Below are positions 24,839 to 39,084 of a stretch of 64,000 bases of DNA, one piece after another. Source of the stretch: Octopus sinensis (Eukaryota); NCBI RefSeq assembly GCF_006345805.1, contig NC_043004.1:56110001-56174000 (forward strand), in the 5' to 3' direction. A model generated the notes under the pieces. The model was given only the letters and a program-made list of their open reading frames with translations. It had not been told where the DNA came from and made no database searches. The position numbers were made by a program, and so were the translations under genes. Numbering within the stretch: the first letter of the stretch is position 1; every line of letters begins with the position of its first letter.

Positions 24839-25699
24839 TACGACAGGCCTCTTTCAGTTTCCGTCTACCAAATCCACTCACAAGGCATTGGTCGGCCCGG
24901 GGCTATGGCAGAAGACACTTGCCCAAGATGCCACGCAGTGGGACTGAACCCGGAACCATGTGGTTGGTTAGCAAGCTACTTACCACACATTTTTACGATA
25001 AAATTTTCTTCTAATATAGCATATTTGGTAGTCTCCATATACTGTTAGTTTTTCATGCACCAATGTTCTGAAATTTACTTCTATCTTTTACTCTAACACA
25101 AATAGGGTGTTAATTTTGACCACATGTCTTGAGCTATATGTGGGGCCATTAATACGTCTCTCTCCGTGATGATCTGGATTGTAAAATTTATTGCTGCGCT
25201 TTGGTAAACTAAGCCTTATGGATGTTATTTATTAATAACGATAACCTTGTCTGACTGCTGTTGGTAAATTTCGGCTTGAAACCAGAAGTTAGTCGTTCTT
25301 AGGAACTGTGGTAACATTTTCAAGGTATTATCAACTGTTGTATGGGTCTGTCTTTAGATGTATTTCTGTTTTCGTACGTGTTAATTATAATGGCGAAACT
25401 ATTACAAATAGGATAATTATTTGAAGGTTGATATTGGATAGAAAACTAGCATGCTTTCAATTAATTATATGAAATATTCTGATGTTTTGTATATGAAAAT
25501 CTCACTGTATCAGGAGAATGTAAGTTGTCAGTCTACTGAGAAATGCAAAATATATCCCCTAAAAATCCACAGAACTACCTCGCTGACTCTCAATATAAAC
25601 ATCGGCCACAACATCGTGTTAAAATGCTACATGTATGACTTGCTAGAAGTACACGAGTACAGAGTTCAATCTCGGTTGTACAGCCACTGATTGTTTGAA

Positions 25700-26800
25700 A
25701 AACGCTATTTCTTCACATCATAGGCAAAAATGCAAAAATTCCTCACTGTCAGATTAAACTGGCAAGTGATACTATAGCGATGTTAAGACAATGTATAAGA
25801 TCTGTCATTTTGATTACGAAATATAACAATAAGCGAAAGAGGTGATTCACCATTATAAAAAGTACCATGGCTCACAAAAAAATAAGTATCTTCGAAAGTT
25901 TATTTTTCGAAAGAACACTAAAACCTATATTTTAATTACGATATGTACGTGGCACTTTTATTCCCTGGTAACAGAAAAGGGAGTTTGATTTTTGGAGACT
26001 AAATGAACTCACAACCTAACTGGATCACATTTACCTGAATTAAGTAAAACAGTATTGAAATTTCATTCCTGAATACACAAGTACAAAGAACGGAAGCACA
26101 TATTATTAGCGCAGCAGTCTATTGGAAACCAATACTCATTGATCTTTGCCTAAACTATGACTAACAGGATATATCATAAGCGTGTTAGGAACACAGTTAT
26201 CAAATGCTTAGAAGGATCAAGCATAAACGATCTGTATCGATGAATCAGTTTATAAAGGAGAAATAAATCACCTAAAATGCATTCACCAATAACAAATACT
26301 CAGTCCATAAAATGGGAGGTACACCCCAAACCTATATAAATCTCATGAGGGTCTATTGAGAGATATTAACAGAAATTACCAGACATATATCATTAGAATT
26401 ATACGGAAAAGTAACACTGTACTTGATTTTTTCCGTCATAAAAATTGAGCGAATCGAAGAGTAATCGGAACATAAGAACTGTCTCTTTATAAAAAAAAGC
26501 GTTTGCAAAATGTCTGACAAAGGTGTAATTGGCGGTGTCTAAAGGTCAGAATAGAGAAATTTTATCGGAGTGTTTTAATGAAAAGAGAAACGTTGAACTC
26601 AGGAATGACTGAACATATATAATATCGCAAGAAAAGAAAATATATATTCAGCTACGCAATGAAGTTTCTATTGTAGATAAATTATCACAATGAAAAATGA
26701 AAATCTCGCTTACTGATAATGCTACCTATCAACGTAAGGGTTGTTATCAGTTCAATATAGCTGCTTTTTATGGAAAGATAAATTATAAAAAAACAAAAAA
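25700..26800 (+). mobile_element. Heavily degraded PLE RT relic
   Basis: Broken peptides RYVRGTFI, LNEL, ITFT, ISFLNTQV, VYWKP, CLNYD in the expected order; boundaries approximate. Confidence 0.5.
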
Positions 26801-27789
26801 CAAAAATAAAACAAAAAACAGACAAAACAAAACAAAAGAAAATTACAAAAGAACTGTTGTGGAAAGGTACGATACTACACTTCGTTTAGCAATAAAATGT
26901 TACTGGTTTGGATATAGCTTGAAATAATTACCCTTTTCTTTACTGGTTTTAGTCACTGGGCTGCAGCCATGTTGTTGCAGCCTTGTCAGGGATTTTGGTC
27001 GTTTGTTTGATATTTTAAAGTGATTGTTTCTGGAATCTGCAAGTTCAGGAACATATATGACCAAAGTTTACACAATAGAAGAGGTTTTTAAACTAGTGTT
27101 AACTGAAACGTAATCATGCATATTTACATCGCAGACACAGAAACACAGACACACACGCGTACAGACAAACAGGCTCATACATACACACTCACACACGCAC
27201 ACGCACACACACAAACAGGCACAAACACACACACTGACACACACACATACATAAATATAGCGAACAATTTCTCTGGTAACCATATATTAAAAAGTAGAAT
27301 ATGAAGTGTGTAAAAAGCTGTTACATCTATCATAGAGGTACATCATCCGCATATTTATAACGCGAAGAAACTGCAACAAGCTAGCACCCTGACACTTCAA
27401 GTCTACGTATTAAAGGACAATATGTACATACTATATAGATTTCCACACAAATATGGATAATGAAATCTGTAGGGAAAGCTCTTGCCATAGCAGAAAATAA
27501 ATATTAACAGAATGTCAATATACATACGTCACAAACAAGAAAGGCAATTATATGATAAAGTGGAGCACCGAAGGTTCAATTACTGAAGGCTAATTTGTGG
27601 AAATTGAAATCAATCAGTATAAGAGAGGATGCATTGAAGCTAACGTCATTCTATATCTGAAAGATGAAGCTGAAAGAGTTTGAAAGCCTTAATAAAATGA
27701 AATTAGAAATATCATTGTTACAAACAAACTACGAGGTACTGATACTGAGTTATAAATAATTACAAAACAATAACAGGAAAATAGGAGAT

Positions 27790-27794
27790 ATCTA

Positions 27795-27876
<82 letters not shown>

Positions 27877-27898
27877 GATCTATCTATCTATCTAACTA

Positions 27899-27981
<83 letters not shown>

Positions 27982-28045
27982 CATCTATCTATCTATCTAT
28001 CTGTCTTGCTAGCTAACTAAAAAGCTGTCTGTCTGTCTGTCTGTT
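27790..28045. repeat. (TCTA)n/(TCTG)n tract
   Basis: Direct reading. Confidence 0.9.
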
Positions 28046-28648
28046 TATATACATATATATGGAGAGTGCGGTGAATAAATTGTCGTCTAAATCACGCAAA
28101 AAGGAAAATAACACTGACATCTCATTTTAACAAATATATTTACCAAAATTGCATAAAAATATCTTGAAACACTGAAGAATAAATTTATTTAATAAAATCG
28201 CCATTAGTTTCAACCAGGGCCTCCAGACGGTTTCGGAATCTCCTGCTACTCCTCCGGACTGTCTCTTTGTTTAAATTGATGAATGCTGCCATAATCTTTG
28301 CTACAGTTCATTTTGGTGTTACAAGGCGCTTTGTGATCTCTCGCTCACCTGCACCCCACACATAATAATGAAGGGGCTTGCAGTCTAGGGAGTTAGGTGG
28401 GCAGATGTTAGGGGTGATGTGGTCGCAGAAATTGTCCGATAGCCATGACTGGGTTGTCCAGCTTGTGTGACATGGTGCAGAGCCCTTTTGCCAGACAAGG
28501 TCTTCCAGCAGCCACTCTCTTGACCCAGTGCAGCACTACCTCCTCCAAGGACTTGATGTAGACTTCCGTGTTTCGTGTGAAGCCTTGTGGGATGATGAAT
28601 GGAGGCACAACGATGCCAACACTAGTGATCTCTTCAAACACCATGATA

Positions 28649-29913
28649 CGAGGGGCGTTCAATAAGTAATGCCCCTGACCCACTTCCCATAGTAGTAGAG
28701 CAACGACACTTGGCACAGTTATTAGTCTTTTCCTACATAGGAACTACCCAGAGTTATGCATTTCTCCCATTGTTTGATACAGCTCTGGAGACCGTTTTTG
28801 TAGAAGACCCCAGCTTGGTCCTCCAACCACAACGGGACTTCAGAAATCAAGGCTGCATCATCTGGAAAACGCTTTCCTTTCAAAATCAACTTCATGGCTG
28901 GGAAGAGGTGAAAATCAGAGGGTGCAAGGAGTTCATAGCTGCACGCCTGTGCTTCTGATCTGGCGACACGCGAGTTGTGGACCGGAGCGTTGTCCTGCAG
29001 GAGGAGGATGCCTTTGCTGATCTTGCCCCGCCTCTTGATTTTGATAGCTTCTCTTAATTTCCTCAAAAGTGAAGCATAATAGGCTCCTGTAATTGTGGTA
29101 CCCTTTGCCAGGAAATCTGTCATAACTACTCCGTCCTGGTCCCAGAAGACTGTGAGCATAACCTTGTCAGCGGAGGGCTGCACCCTTGCCTTCTTTGGAG
29201 GAGGTGAGTCACGGTGCTTTCACTGCATTGACTGGGCTTTGGTATATGGATCATAGTGATGGACCCAGGTTTTATCCTGTGTGATCAGTCTTTTGAAAAA
29301 TTTTGACTCATCTTCTTGGCACATCTCCAAATTCATCCTCGAGCACTCAACGCGTTCTTGCTTCTGGAAAGGTGTGAGCAGCCTGGAAATCCATCTGGCA
29401 GACACCTTTTACATATGCAAATGGTCATGAATGATAGTTTCCACAGACCCGGTACTAATCTTGACCTTATGGTCTATTTGGCAAATAGTTATGCGTTGAC
29501 CTTCCAAAATGGCAGCCTCAACTTGACGGACAGACGTCTCATCAACGGCAGAAGGGGGTGACCAGATCTGGGAGCTGTTTACACAGAGTTCCGACTATGT
29601 TTGAATTCACAATGCCAGCGTTTTACAAGGTCATATGATGGGGCATCATCACCATAAGTTACTTTCATTTCATCAAAAGTCTCCCGTGGTGTGCGTCCTT
29701 TCAAATACAAAAACCAGATCACTGCTCGACACTCAACAGGCTCCATTTCACACTTGACTCAGTTCAAACACCTGTGAATCAGAAACCACAATTAGTTCAG
29801 AGCTGTAATTCGCCACCTAATCTATAGAGGTATGAATAAGTGCACATGCAAAATTTCAGCTCAATCAAACAACTGCAAGTGGGTCAGGGGCATTACTTAT
29901 TGAACGCCCCTCG
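28649..29913 (-). mobile_element. mariner element (1265 bp), irritans-like
   Basis: Perfect 37-bp TIRs CGAGGGGCGTTCAATAAGTAATGCCCCTGACCCACTT, TA TSD at 28647-48 and 29914-15; subfamily inferred from the CGAGGG TIR and N-terminus. Confidence 0.95.
28722..29746 (-). pseudogene. mariner transposase pseudogene
   Basis: MEPVECRAVIWFL..., ITQDKTWVHHYDP, KVMLTVFWD, LLQDNAPVH, APSDFHLF; has stops, frameshift(s) and a 27-bp in-frame deletion. Confidence 0.9.
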
Positions 29914-30732
29914 TATTGACTGGATGTTTGATTTTTATCACTCTCCGTACATGTTTTGGGGACACGGCAAGCCAACGGTTGTTCTGAACTCTTCGTATTG
30001 GAGCTTCCAGCGTGAATGTGAAGCAGTAGAGCATGTCGTTTCCAAATTTCTGACATAGTGAATTGCATCATGGTGCTGTTTTCCTCACAGACAGTACTCA
30101 ACTGACCCTACTCTACTGTGTAGTCGACAAAATAAACAACAAAAACTGCTTATGTCCGAAATAAATAGAAAATGGCGACAATTTACCGATGGTACCCTGT
30201 ATATATAAGGCAAATGCACTTCTGCAGAGTTTCTATCTACGATGTATGTGCTATTTACAAAAAAAAACCCCAGAAAAAAACAGGAAACAAAAAACCCACT
30301 TTTCTATTTTAAATGTGATGTTTACAGTTTATATTTATGTAAATATATCAATGCTTCCCTACAGTTTTTAGCTAATATAAATGCCTTTGCATATAATGTG
30401 ATGTATTGTTTGGCTAGAAAAACACTTAATCTCTTCCTAAATACTGCTGACAGATTAATGGTAAAAAAAAACCTCGAAACAAACAAAATCAGATGAGTGA
30501 CACACACACACACACGGGCACACACACACACACACACACACACAAATACACACACATATGTATATATATGTATATATCTCTATATATAAAAGAAAAGTTC
30601 AGAAAGATTCTATAAATTTGCTGGCGATAAAATTTTGTTTATAATTTTATTGTCTCAGCTGATTTAAAAATAATTTCTGTTTCATAGTATTCGAGAAATA
30701 TATAAGATTTATACACACACACACACACACAC

Positions 30733-30811
<79 letters not shown>

Positions 30812-30812
<1 letters not shown>

Positions 30813-30996
30813 AAATTAATTAAGGGTAGAAATTGATATTTATCAATTAAGACCAGTGGTCTAGCATATTAAAAAAGAATCCGAAGATTAAAATATTTAT
30901 ATATACCAATTAAGGACTGAACACGAAAAGTGGACAGTCTACATGCTAGATATAGACGTCAAATCGCCATTCACCACAAAAGATTATGTTCTCAGA
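30812..30996 (+). repeat. Dispersed repeat inserted in (TA)n
   Basis: ACCAGTGGTCTAGCATA and AAGTGGACA...ATGCTAGA shared with the reverse strand of 14560-14738. Confidence 0.6.
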
Positions 30997-31194
30997 TCAA
31001 ACTCATATATATATATATATGTATATATATGTAAGTATGTATAGATATATGTTTCTGTGTATATATGTGTCTGTGCACGTGTGTGTATATGTATGTATGC
31101 ATGTGTGTTCATATACGAAAGAGAGAGAGAGAGAGAGAGAGATAGAGAGATAGATAGATAGAGAGAGAGTGAGTGAGAGAGTGAGAGTGAGAGG

Positions 31195-31333
31195 TGCAAG
31201 CATGGCTGTTTGTTAAGAAATTTGTTTCCCAACCACAGAATTCAGATTTCAGTCCCTCTGCGTTGCAAAGTGGGCAAGTATATTCTAAACACTTGTAAAT
31301 GGATTTGGTAGATGGAAACTTAAAGAAGCCCTT

Positions 31334-31397
<64 letters not shown>

Positions 31398-31610
31398 TGT
31401 GTGCATGTCTTTGTCTCTCAACACCGCTTGAAAACCAGTGTTGGTTTTTTTTACATCCATGTAACTTAGCAGTTCAGCAAATTAGACAGATAGAATAAAT
31501 ACCAGCCTTTAAACATGTGCTGGGCTCGATTTGTTCGTCTCAGAATTCTCCAAGGTGGTGCCGTAGCATGGCAGCATTTCTAATGGGCTGAAACAATAAT
31601 AAAAGATATA
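31195..31610 (+). mobile_element. Old SINE-A-related copy
   Basis: Diverged head, linker and 3' module all in order. Confidence 0.7.
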
Positions 31611-31642
31611 TACATACATACATACATACATACATACATACA

Positions 31643-31676
<34 letters not shown>

Positions 31677-34184
31677 CATACATACATACTTATATATATA
31701 TATGTGTGTGTGTGTGCGTATGTGTGTGTATGTATATATATATACATGTATACATACATGCATGCATATACGCACTAAGTGATGAAATATTAATTGAACC
31801 GTTGTATAGATAGACCTCATTTAACGTCTTCATCAGGGTGAGGTGCTCCGGAGGTAGAAAATCAACTAGAAGAAATCGAGCGGGTATGGAAGTAGAATGG
31901 CAACCGATAAGAGACGAAACGAATGTATTTAAAAGAAAAGTGGCCGAGTAATTTATAATTTTTCTCTGAAAATGCTGTTGTTAATGTTGGCTTTGGTGTA
32001 GATATGCTTAGCTTTAGCTTCCTTGCATTGTTAACAGTATTAGTGCCGTTTATGGTGGCAGAGTTGGTGGTAGTATTGTTGATGCTCATAAATTCGTTGT
32101 TAGCAGTGTAACGTAGAGTTATCTCCACCTTTCAATTCTATGTGTGTGTCGTTTTTTTTTTGTTTTTTTGTGTCTTTCCTATCTTCTTTACTCTTTCTTC
32201 CGCTAATAACTTCCTCTTATTTATATCTCTATCTTCCTGATTACAGAATATGTGAGAATTATCTAACAAGAGGAAGTGTAATCCTCGAAGTGCTGTTTTG
32301 GAGCTGGGTGATTTTGTTAATGTTCCTGTCATCCTCTTGACCGCTTTCACTGCTACGAAGGATACTGGCGCTGTTTTGGTTGATGCAGCTGCTTCTGTTA
32401 TTGTTGATACTGTCGTTATGCTTGTACACTCTTGCTGTGTTTTTTTTATGAGGTTGTGTCGTTGGTAGCAGTAGGATCTCTTTTTTTATCTTCTGCTGTG
32501 AGCAGTAAACCATTAGTTGGCTGGTAGTGCTATACATATGATATCTTGTTCTTCGGCTCTCTAAACTAGTATCATATAGCTTGAAAATGACTTTGATTCT
32601 CTTCTAATCTGTTAAGGGCTTACTATCTATCCCCGATCAATTCTCCTTGCTTAGCTAACACACTTTACATATTTGGGCCTCTTCTTCAATATCTTCTATT
32701 GCAATTGCCAGGAAGTAGCAGATGTTTATTTCTAGTGGCACATCAACCACCCTCGCCTTCTCCACTCATAAGGAAATCAGAAGTGATCTGGTTACAAAGC
32801 GAAATTCTGAACCATGCAGCCAACCTGTTTAGCGTCAGATCAACTCTGATCTATCAGGTCTCTGATAAAAGCATTCGAATTCAAGTCGTAAGCATCTACT
32901 TTTATTTTATATCAAGAACTATAAAGTCAAAATATATGCTTCCTTTGAAGGAGATTTGATTCTTTGTATAAATAAGTAACTTTGAAATTTTTTAAGATAG
33001 CTTTGAAATTTTTTATAGGAAACTTATAAAATAGTGAAATATAAACGGAAACGATAAAAAGAATTTTCAAACATTTATAAGATAATTCGAAATAAATAAA
33101 TTGTGAAATAATTTTAAAACATTTAATTGATTCTAGATATTTATAAAATAGAAGTTATAAAACAATGAGATATGAAGGAAAGCGTTAACTTTTTCGAAAA
33201 CGTAAGCAAACTTTTAAACATTTGTAACAAAGATTGAAAAATGTACAACTATCAATTGTAAAAGTGCACTGATTTGCTTTCCATGCTTTTCTTTTAAAAC
33301 TATAATTGCTATGGCAATAAAATCGTGTAATTCAAAGATAGCAATAGCTAGTTGGTTGGGTGGAAATGTTGAAGGAGAGCCAATCTATGTTTAAAAATAG
33401 ACAGTAAGTTGTGGAGGAGATGACTGCAGTGAATGACGGGTTTAGCGAGTAAGGCATAAGTATTGAGAAAAGATGATACTAAAATGGATAATAAAACAAA
33501 GCAACATTTTAATTAAAATGTACTAGAATTAGAATTTTAAGATTTTAGTATTGTCTTCTTTAGTATAAATCCGAAAGGTTGTTTAGAGCCCTAATGATGC
33601 ACTCACAGTTACATACACACATATAAACGCACGCACACATATATCCATATACACACGCACACACCACAGACATACACACACACACCAACACACACAGAGA
33701 CATAAACGCTTAATATTTTGATTTTGCTTCCTTGGACGTAGGATACGCACACTCATATACATACGCATTTGAGTGTGTGGATGTGTGTGTATATATACAA
33801 TATGATCATTATAACAAGGATAAAATTTCTGTAAATTTTACACTCTAACTTGGCACGCACAACCCCTGTGTTGTAGCAACCAACAAAATATATTATGGCC
33901 TCAAAGTGGGAGCCTCCGCAAAATCGTTTGACCTGTTGCAAAAAACTAAATCTTTCTCAGATAAAAGTGAAATGCTTTCATTTAAAAAAATCCACACAAT
34001 GATTGTATAACGTAGTCTAAGTACATTATGTCTCAAAACATTTCGGCATCCTTCCTGGATCTGAAATGCCTTTGCTCATTGATGTGAGCAATGCGGTTTA
34101 TCTCATGTATAAACAACGATGATAATAACTGATGTGGAAAAACCAAATAGGAGACTGGAATATAATAATATCTTCGTACTGAAG

Positions 34185-34390
34185 GCAGAATCATTAGCAC
34201 GTCGAATAATATGCTTAGTGGCATTTCGTCTGTCTTTACGTTGTGAGTTCAAATACTGCTAAGGTCGACTTTGCCTTTCATCTTTTCGTGGTCGATAAAA
34301 TAAGTGCCAGTTGAACACTGATGTCGATATAATCATTTATCGCATTTCCTGAACTTGCTGGCGTTGTGCCAAAGTTTGAAATCAATATCT
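34185..34390 (+). mobile_element. SINE-D (alternative tail)
   Basis: GAGTTCAAAT...GGTCGACTTTGCCTTTCATC...GTCGATAAAATAAGT. Confidence 0.75.
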
Positions 34391-34599
34391 ACATACTGCT
34401 ACACTGTATCTTGGCTTAACTGAAGCCTGTTGCTGAGTAGACTATTTATCAGAGACCTGATAGATCAGAGCCCGTTCATTGCTGGTATAAATCTGAAATA
34501 ATATTTATTATTGTATTCGTGCTGGCTGCATCAGAACTGATCTATGACAAAACAAGAAAATCAGCAACAAACATACATAAGCTATTTATGGTTACCCTA

Positions 34600-34960
34600 T
34601 TAATCATCAGCCACCAACCAGATGATCCATCTAGGCCCAGGGGTCGGCTTACCAAAACTCCAGTTCTCTCTGGGTCGCACTGAATGCATACAATCAACCA
34701 AGATCTTGCTTGCTGTTCGTTCTTTGATATTCTCTCCCCACAAACATTTTATACGGCATTTTGATCTATATTTCAACACATTTCCTAACAAGATGGTCTT
34801 GAACCATGAGTAGTAGGATATAGTATGTCCAAAATATGATAGCCTTGTGGACTTTGTTCTCCACAGTAACTATCTTTGGCCTTCAGAATTTCTAGTACTG
34901 CAGCGTTTGATACCCTAACTTTCCAGCTTATTCTGTACGGACTGTCGACGTCTCACCGTT
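34600..34960 (-). mobile_element. Possible RTE-like LINE 3' relic
   Basis: Minus peptides ISWKVRVSNAAVLEIL and GKPTPGPRW resemble the RTE C-terminus. Confidence 0.4.
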
Positions 34961-35235
34961 GCTCTGTACATTTTCTAAGTTTCTGACTCGTAGGAATACA
35001 ACTGGTATAATATAACAGTATTCTAGCCTCAATTTGGGGCTGAAGATTTTAAACAATATTGTAAATTGCGTTTTAGCATTATTTGTTCTTTGAATAAATT
35101 CTACAGTGACCTTCCTGATTTATCATTTCTTCTAAATAAGGGCGTTGTAGCTAGCTGCAAGCATTGCAGTACAAAAGTAGAAAAAGAAAAAGAAAATATT
35201 GAACGTTTCTAAAAATACAGAGAGTTTTACAAAAA

Positions 35236-35273
35236 CCTTTATATTTCAGGCGCAAAACCCCATCCTCAGAAAG
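35236..35273 (-). ncRNA. Minimal HHR, same family as 5560-5597
   Basis: CUUU-CUGAGGA-UGGGGUUUUGCGCCU-GAAA-UA-UA^AAGG. Confidence 0.5.
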
Positions 35274-35476
35274 AAGCAGTCGAAGAAATGTCTAGTTGCA
35301 TCGATTTCTTTATTTAAATGAAATTTTAAAAAATCGGCATAACTCGACATTCCTTGGACTACATTGTTAGAAGTTTTCTGTACTTTACTTTTCTTTTTTC
35401 TATTCTAAGTATTTAAAGCTGTAGTTTTTTGTTTTTGTTCAAGTAAAGAACAGGTAAACTATGTTAGCATACTTAC

Positions 35477-35522
35477 TGTTTCTTGCAAATAGACAACAAC
35501 CGAAAATGTCTAGTCTTTATAA
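35477..35522 (-). CDS. Candidate 46-nt exon (xIKTRHFRLLSICKKx)
   Basis: CTAAT branch-like motif, TATTCCAG acceptor, GTAAGT donor; only the phase-1 frame is open; phase 2 out. Confidence 0.45.
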
Positions 35523-37869
35523 CTGGAATATACTACGTATATGTATTAGCTGTTTTAAAGTCTTTCGGACGAGGATTTTGTCGAATGATGAGATTGTTTT
35601 CAAGAGACACACTGGTGGATATAAAATTAGCACTACCAGCAAACGAAATAATCTTAACTGAACAATAAACCCATCTCTTAGAATAGTGGACTGTATCCAC
35701 CTGTGATATTTATTGACATCTAGTTAGAGAGATCCTATGGAAGTTAAAATTTTGACCTTTTAAATATACGAAACACTTATAAATGAATACGGGCTATGGG
35801 AACTTTATATTTTCAATATTCATTACATTAAATATGTCAATATTTTTATCATTGTTTTCCATGAAAATGGTGTCTCTCTAATTTCACAAAGTATGTATCT
35901 GTGTAATGTTTTGCGTATCTTTCACCTATGCATAAAACGGAGAATACAAACCGCATTAACTGAACCGATGGCCCACAGATATTTGTTTTGCATCAATTAC
36001 TACCACACCCTTGTTATTCTCGATATCAGAAATTCAGTTCTTGAGTGATTGGTCCCCCGTAAACCTGTAATCTACGACGCTGCTTCTCACATACAGCCAT
36101 ATAAAATAGAGTTCTTGGAGAATGTTCCAGACTAAGAGAAATCAATGAAAATATTGTTAATGTAAATATCTATACGAGATGGAAGAATAATTTAAGGCTT
36201 GCAAGAAATCGAATGTAATGCAATCGATGTTAGCTTTTCCATTGATGGCTTGCCACCAACTCCCTCAATAGCATAATTAAATGAATAGCATAAATCTTCA
36301 GACTTATTCAGAAACGAAAATAGGATATTGAAAAAAATCTTCTTTCTTGAAGGTGGCATAAGTGAAGTGAAATCAAGAATCGAAACCAATCACGGACTAG
36401 GTATGTCAGAAGCTAACGTTTTCTCCTTTCTTTCTATGGTGATGAAAACATTGTGTCTAAATACGAAATAATATTCGTGCTATTAAGAGACCCGCTTTGT
36501 TATTATTGAATAAGCCATACTTAATGAAGGAAGACATTTTTACATACAAATCCTTAGAGTCGTCAATATAAATATATAAAAATAGAATGAGAATTGAATA
36601 AATCCATAGAAAGAAGTGGTTAGAGTTCACGCGTGTAAGGTTTCTTTGTTAGTAAGGTTTTCATGTTCATATATCATTTCTTTCAAACTGTTCACCGTTA
36701 TATTCATACCAAGATTAAATCCGAGACCAAACAACAAAGACACACATATATGTATAACCCTTACGTGCCATCTTTAGGGAATTAACCTGTGAGTTGGCAG
36801 CCATGCTGGCTTTGATTTTCATCTAGCTTTTATGTGTGAAATACTACCATATCGTCGTAAATATAGACTATTTGATCTTGCTTGTCTGCTTATCTCTCAT
36901 TGTCACTTTCTGAAAGTTTCCTTCCGGATTTATCGGAAGATTTATATTTGAAATATGCTGTTTCTATGTTTTGCAGTAAAAAAAGGCCTTCACAGTTGAC
37001 TTAACACGGATCCATCACTCAGAAGTTCAATATCAACTACTATGATATCACAGAACAAATAAAGCAACAACAGAGAAGAAAAAAATATTTAGAGTATTCA
37101 AAAGAGTTTTAAAAAATAAGCCAACAAAAAAAGTAAGAAATTTAGAAAATATATTAAGAATACAAAATTTGCAACACTATATGCGATATTGCATAATAGT
37201 CGACGACAATATCAATAACAATAGCAACGAATAAAACGGTTAAAATAACAAAGTCGAAAGCACCGACAGCTGAGTATTATTGATAACAACAGTGGCACAG
37301 GAACAACATTGTCAGCGGCTATAACTGCAGCAATAACAATATTGTTGATAATAACGCGGACGCCATCAACAATAGCGAGAATATAAACAACAACAATAAG
37401 AGCAACAATATTAGCAAGAATAATGACAACATTTAGAAGAAGAATTGTAGAAGTGGACAGTTTGTGTAGGAGAATGATTCAACATATAAGTATACACAGC
37501 TCTCTTTCTCTCTCTCTCTCTCTCTCTCCCTCCCTCTCTCTTTTTCTCCCTTTCTCTCTCTCAGCAACATACATACATCCATATTACATACACACATATA
37601 TGATATGTGTGTGCATATGTGTGTGAATATATATATATATATATATATATAGATATATATATATATATATATTAAACATAATATATATATATATATATAT
37701 ATAATATATATATATACATTAATCTACATATATATATATATAATATATATTACACACACAACACCACACACACACATATATATATATATATAATATATAT
37801 ATTATTATATATATATATATATATATAATTTTAATCCAAAAGGAAACAAAAAAACAACAACAAAACAGG

Positions 37870-38140
37870 AACAATTACAGTATTATTATTAATAGGCGCT
37901 CAGGAGATGGAAGCAGGGAGGTATGACGTTTCGAGGCGGAGCTCTTCGTCGGAAACATAAAGAAGGAAGAGAGAGGAAAGAAAGATCCCAGAGCGGGGCA
38001 ACAGGGAAAGAGAAAAAGACGAATGGTGTTTACGAGGGCACATGGTGAAAGGCGGATGTTGACGATAAAAAGAGCAAAGTGGTTTTTAAAGGCAAAAGAG
38101 TGGAGACAAGGTTGGTAACCAAACAGATGGTGTGTATGTG
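37870..38140 (-). mobile_element. PLE LTR-like fragment, degenerate HHR core
   Basis: Minus CCGACGA-AGAGCTCCGCCTC-GAAA-CG-TC at ~37924-37952; core U4 changed to C. Confidence 0.4.
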
Positions 38141-38192
38141 TGAGTGTGTGCATGTGCGTGTGTGTATGTGTGTGTGTGAGGCGAGATGAAAA

Positions 38193-38292
38193 NNNNNNNN
38201 NNNNNNNNNNNNNNNNNNNNNNNNNNNNNNNNNNNNNNNNNNNNNNNNNNNNNNNNNNNNNNNNNNNNNNNNNNNNNNNNNNNNNNNNNNNN
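38193..38292. other. Assembly gap (100 N)
   Basis: Direct reading. Confidence 1.
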
Positions 38293-38556
38293 TAAAACCA
38301 GAGTGTGTGTGTATGAGAGCACTTATATTTTTTAAGAAGTTGGTGAGGGTGTTTATGTAAGCTTATATAAAATAAATACATAAATACACACACACACACA
38401 TATATATATATTGCATACATATACACATACATATATATATGTGTGTGTATGTATACATATATATGTACATCTGTGGGAACTTATACTTATATGCAGTTTT
38501 TCACGCGTCTATAAAAACTTTAAATATATGTGTGAGTGTGTTTGCGTTTATGTTCT

Positions 38557-38595
<39 letters not shown>

Positions 38596-39084
38596 GTATA
38601 TATATATATATATGTGTACATATGTCTCTATGTATGTATGTAAGTATATGTGCGTATATACAGGGTAAATATAGAACATCATAAAGGACAACATGAGCAT
38701 AAACTATACAGTAAAATTAACAAACCACGACCCAGACATACGTCTGTTGTTCGAATAGAATAAAAGAAATACAGTTGAGTATTGATTTTTTCTTTAAAGA
38801 AATGCAAATCAGTCAAAAAGACATAGTAATGGCTTAGTTAGAACTGAACAGCAGCGCAATGCAAGGTATAGGACGTGATATGATGTCAGTCAAGCAATAT
38901 GGCGGCATGGCTGTATAGTTAATGACTGAGTGGTCAATGTTTTGTTCCTAGCAAGCATCGCTGATCTTAGTATCTCCCCTCGTAGAGCTGTCGTAGTTTG
39001 TCATAGTCTATAGCTTGTATGGTATTTGACATAAATCATCTATGAAGAGTATGCCTCTTGGCTATTCATGTTGGTCGTTCCCAA

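Larger units (their letters stand above)
24054..24989 (-). mobile_element. SINE-A carrying a tandem insertion in its internal microsatellite
   Basis: 3' half at 24054-~24300 and 5' half at ~24840-24989, both near consensus. Confidence 0.9.
28061..30199 (-). mobile_element. maT-like deleted copy, interrupted by a mariner
   Basis: Flanks rejoin across a TA as CAAACACCATGATATTGACTGGATGTTTG, collinear with the 2090-2971 copy; ACCCTG|TA end at 30199. Confidence 0.82.

Noticed and set aside
31862-32560. T/N/S-rich minus-strand ORFs
   Set aside because: Look like decayed ACA/AAC repeats; the open frame switches and there is no clear splice structure
33810-33932. Open frame VKRFCGGSHFEAIIYF after a strong acceptor
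   Set aside because: No good donor; FCGGS alone does not indicate a serine protease; phase does not fit the chain
37190-37440. Asn-rich frame
   Set aside because: Decayed (AAC/AAT)n with stops
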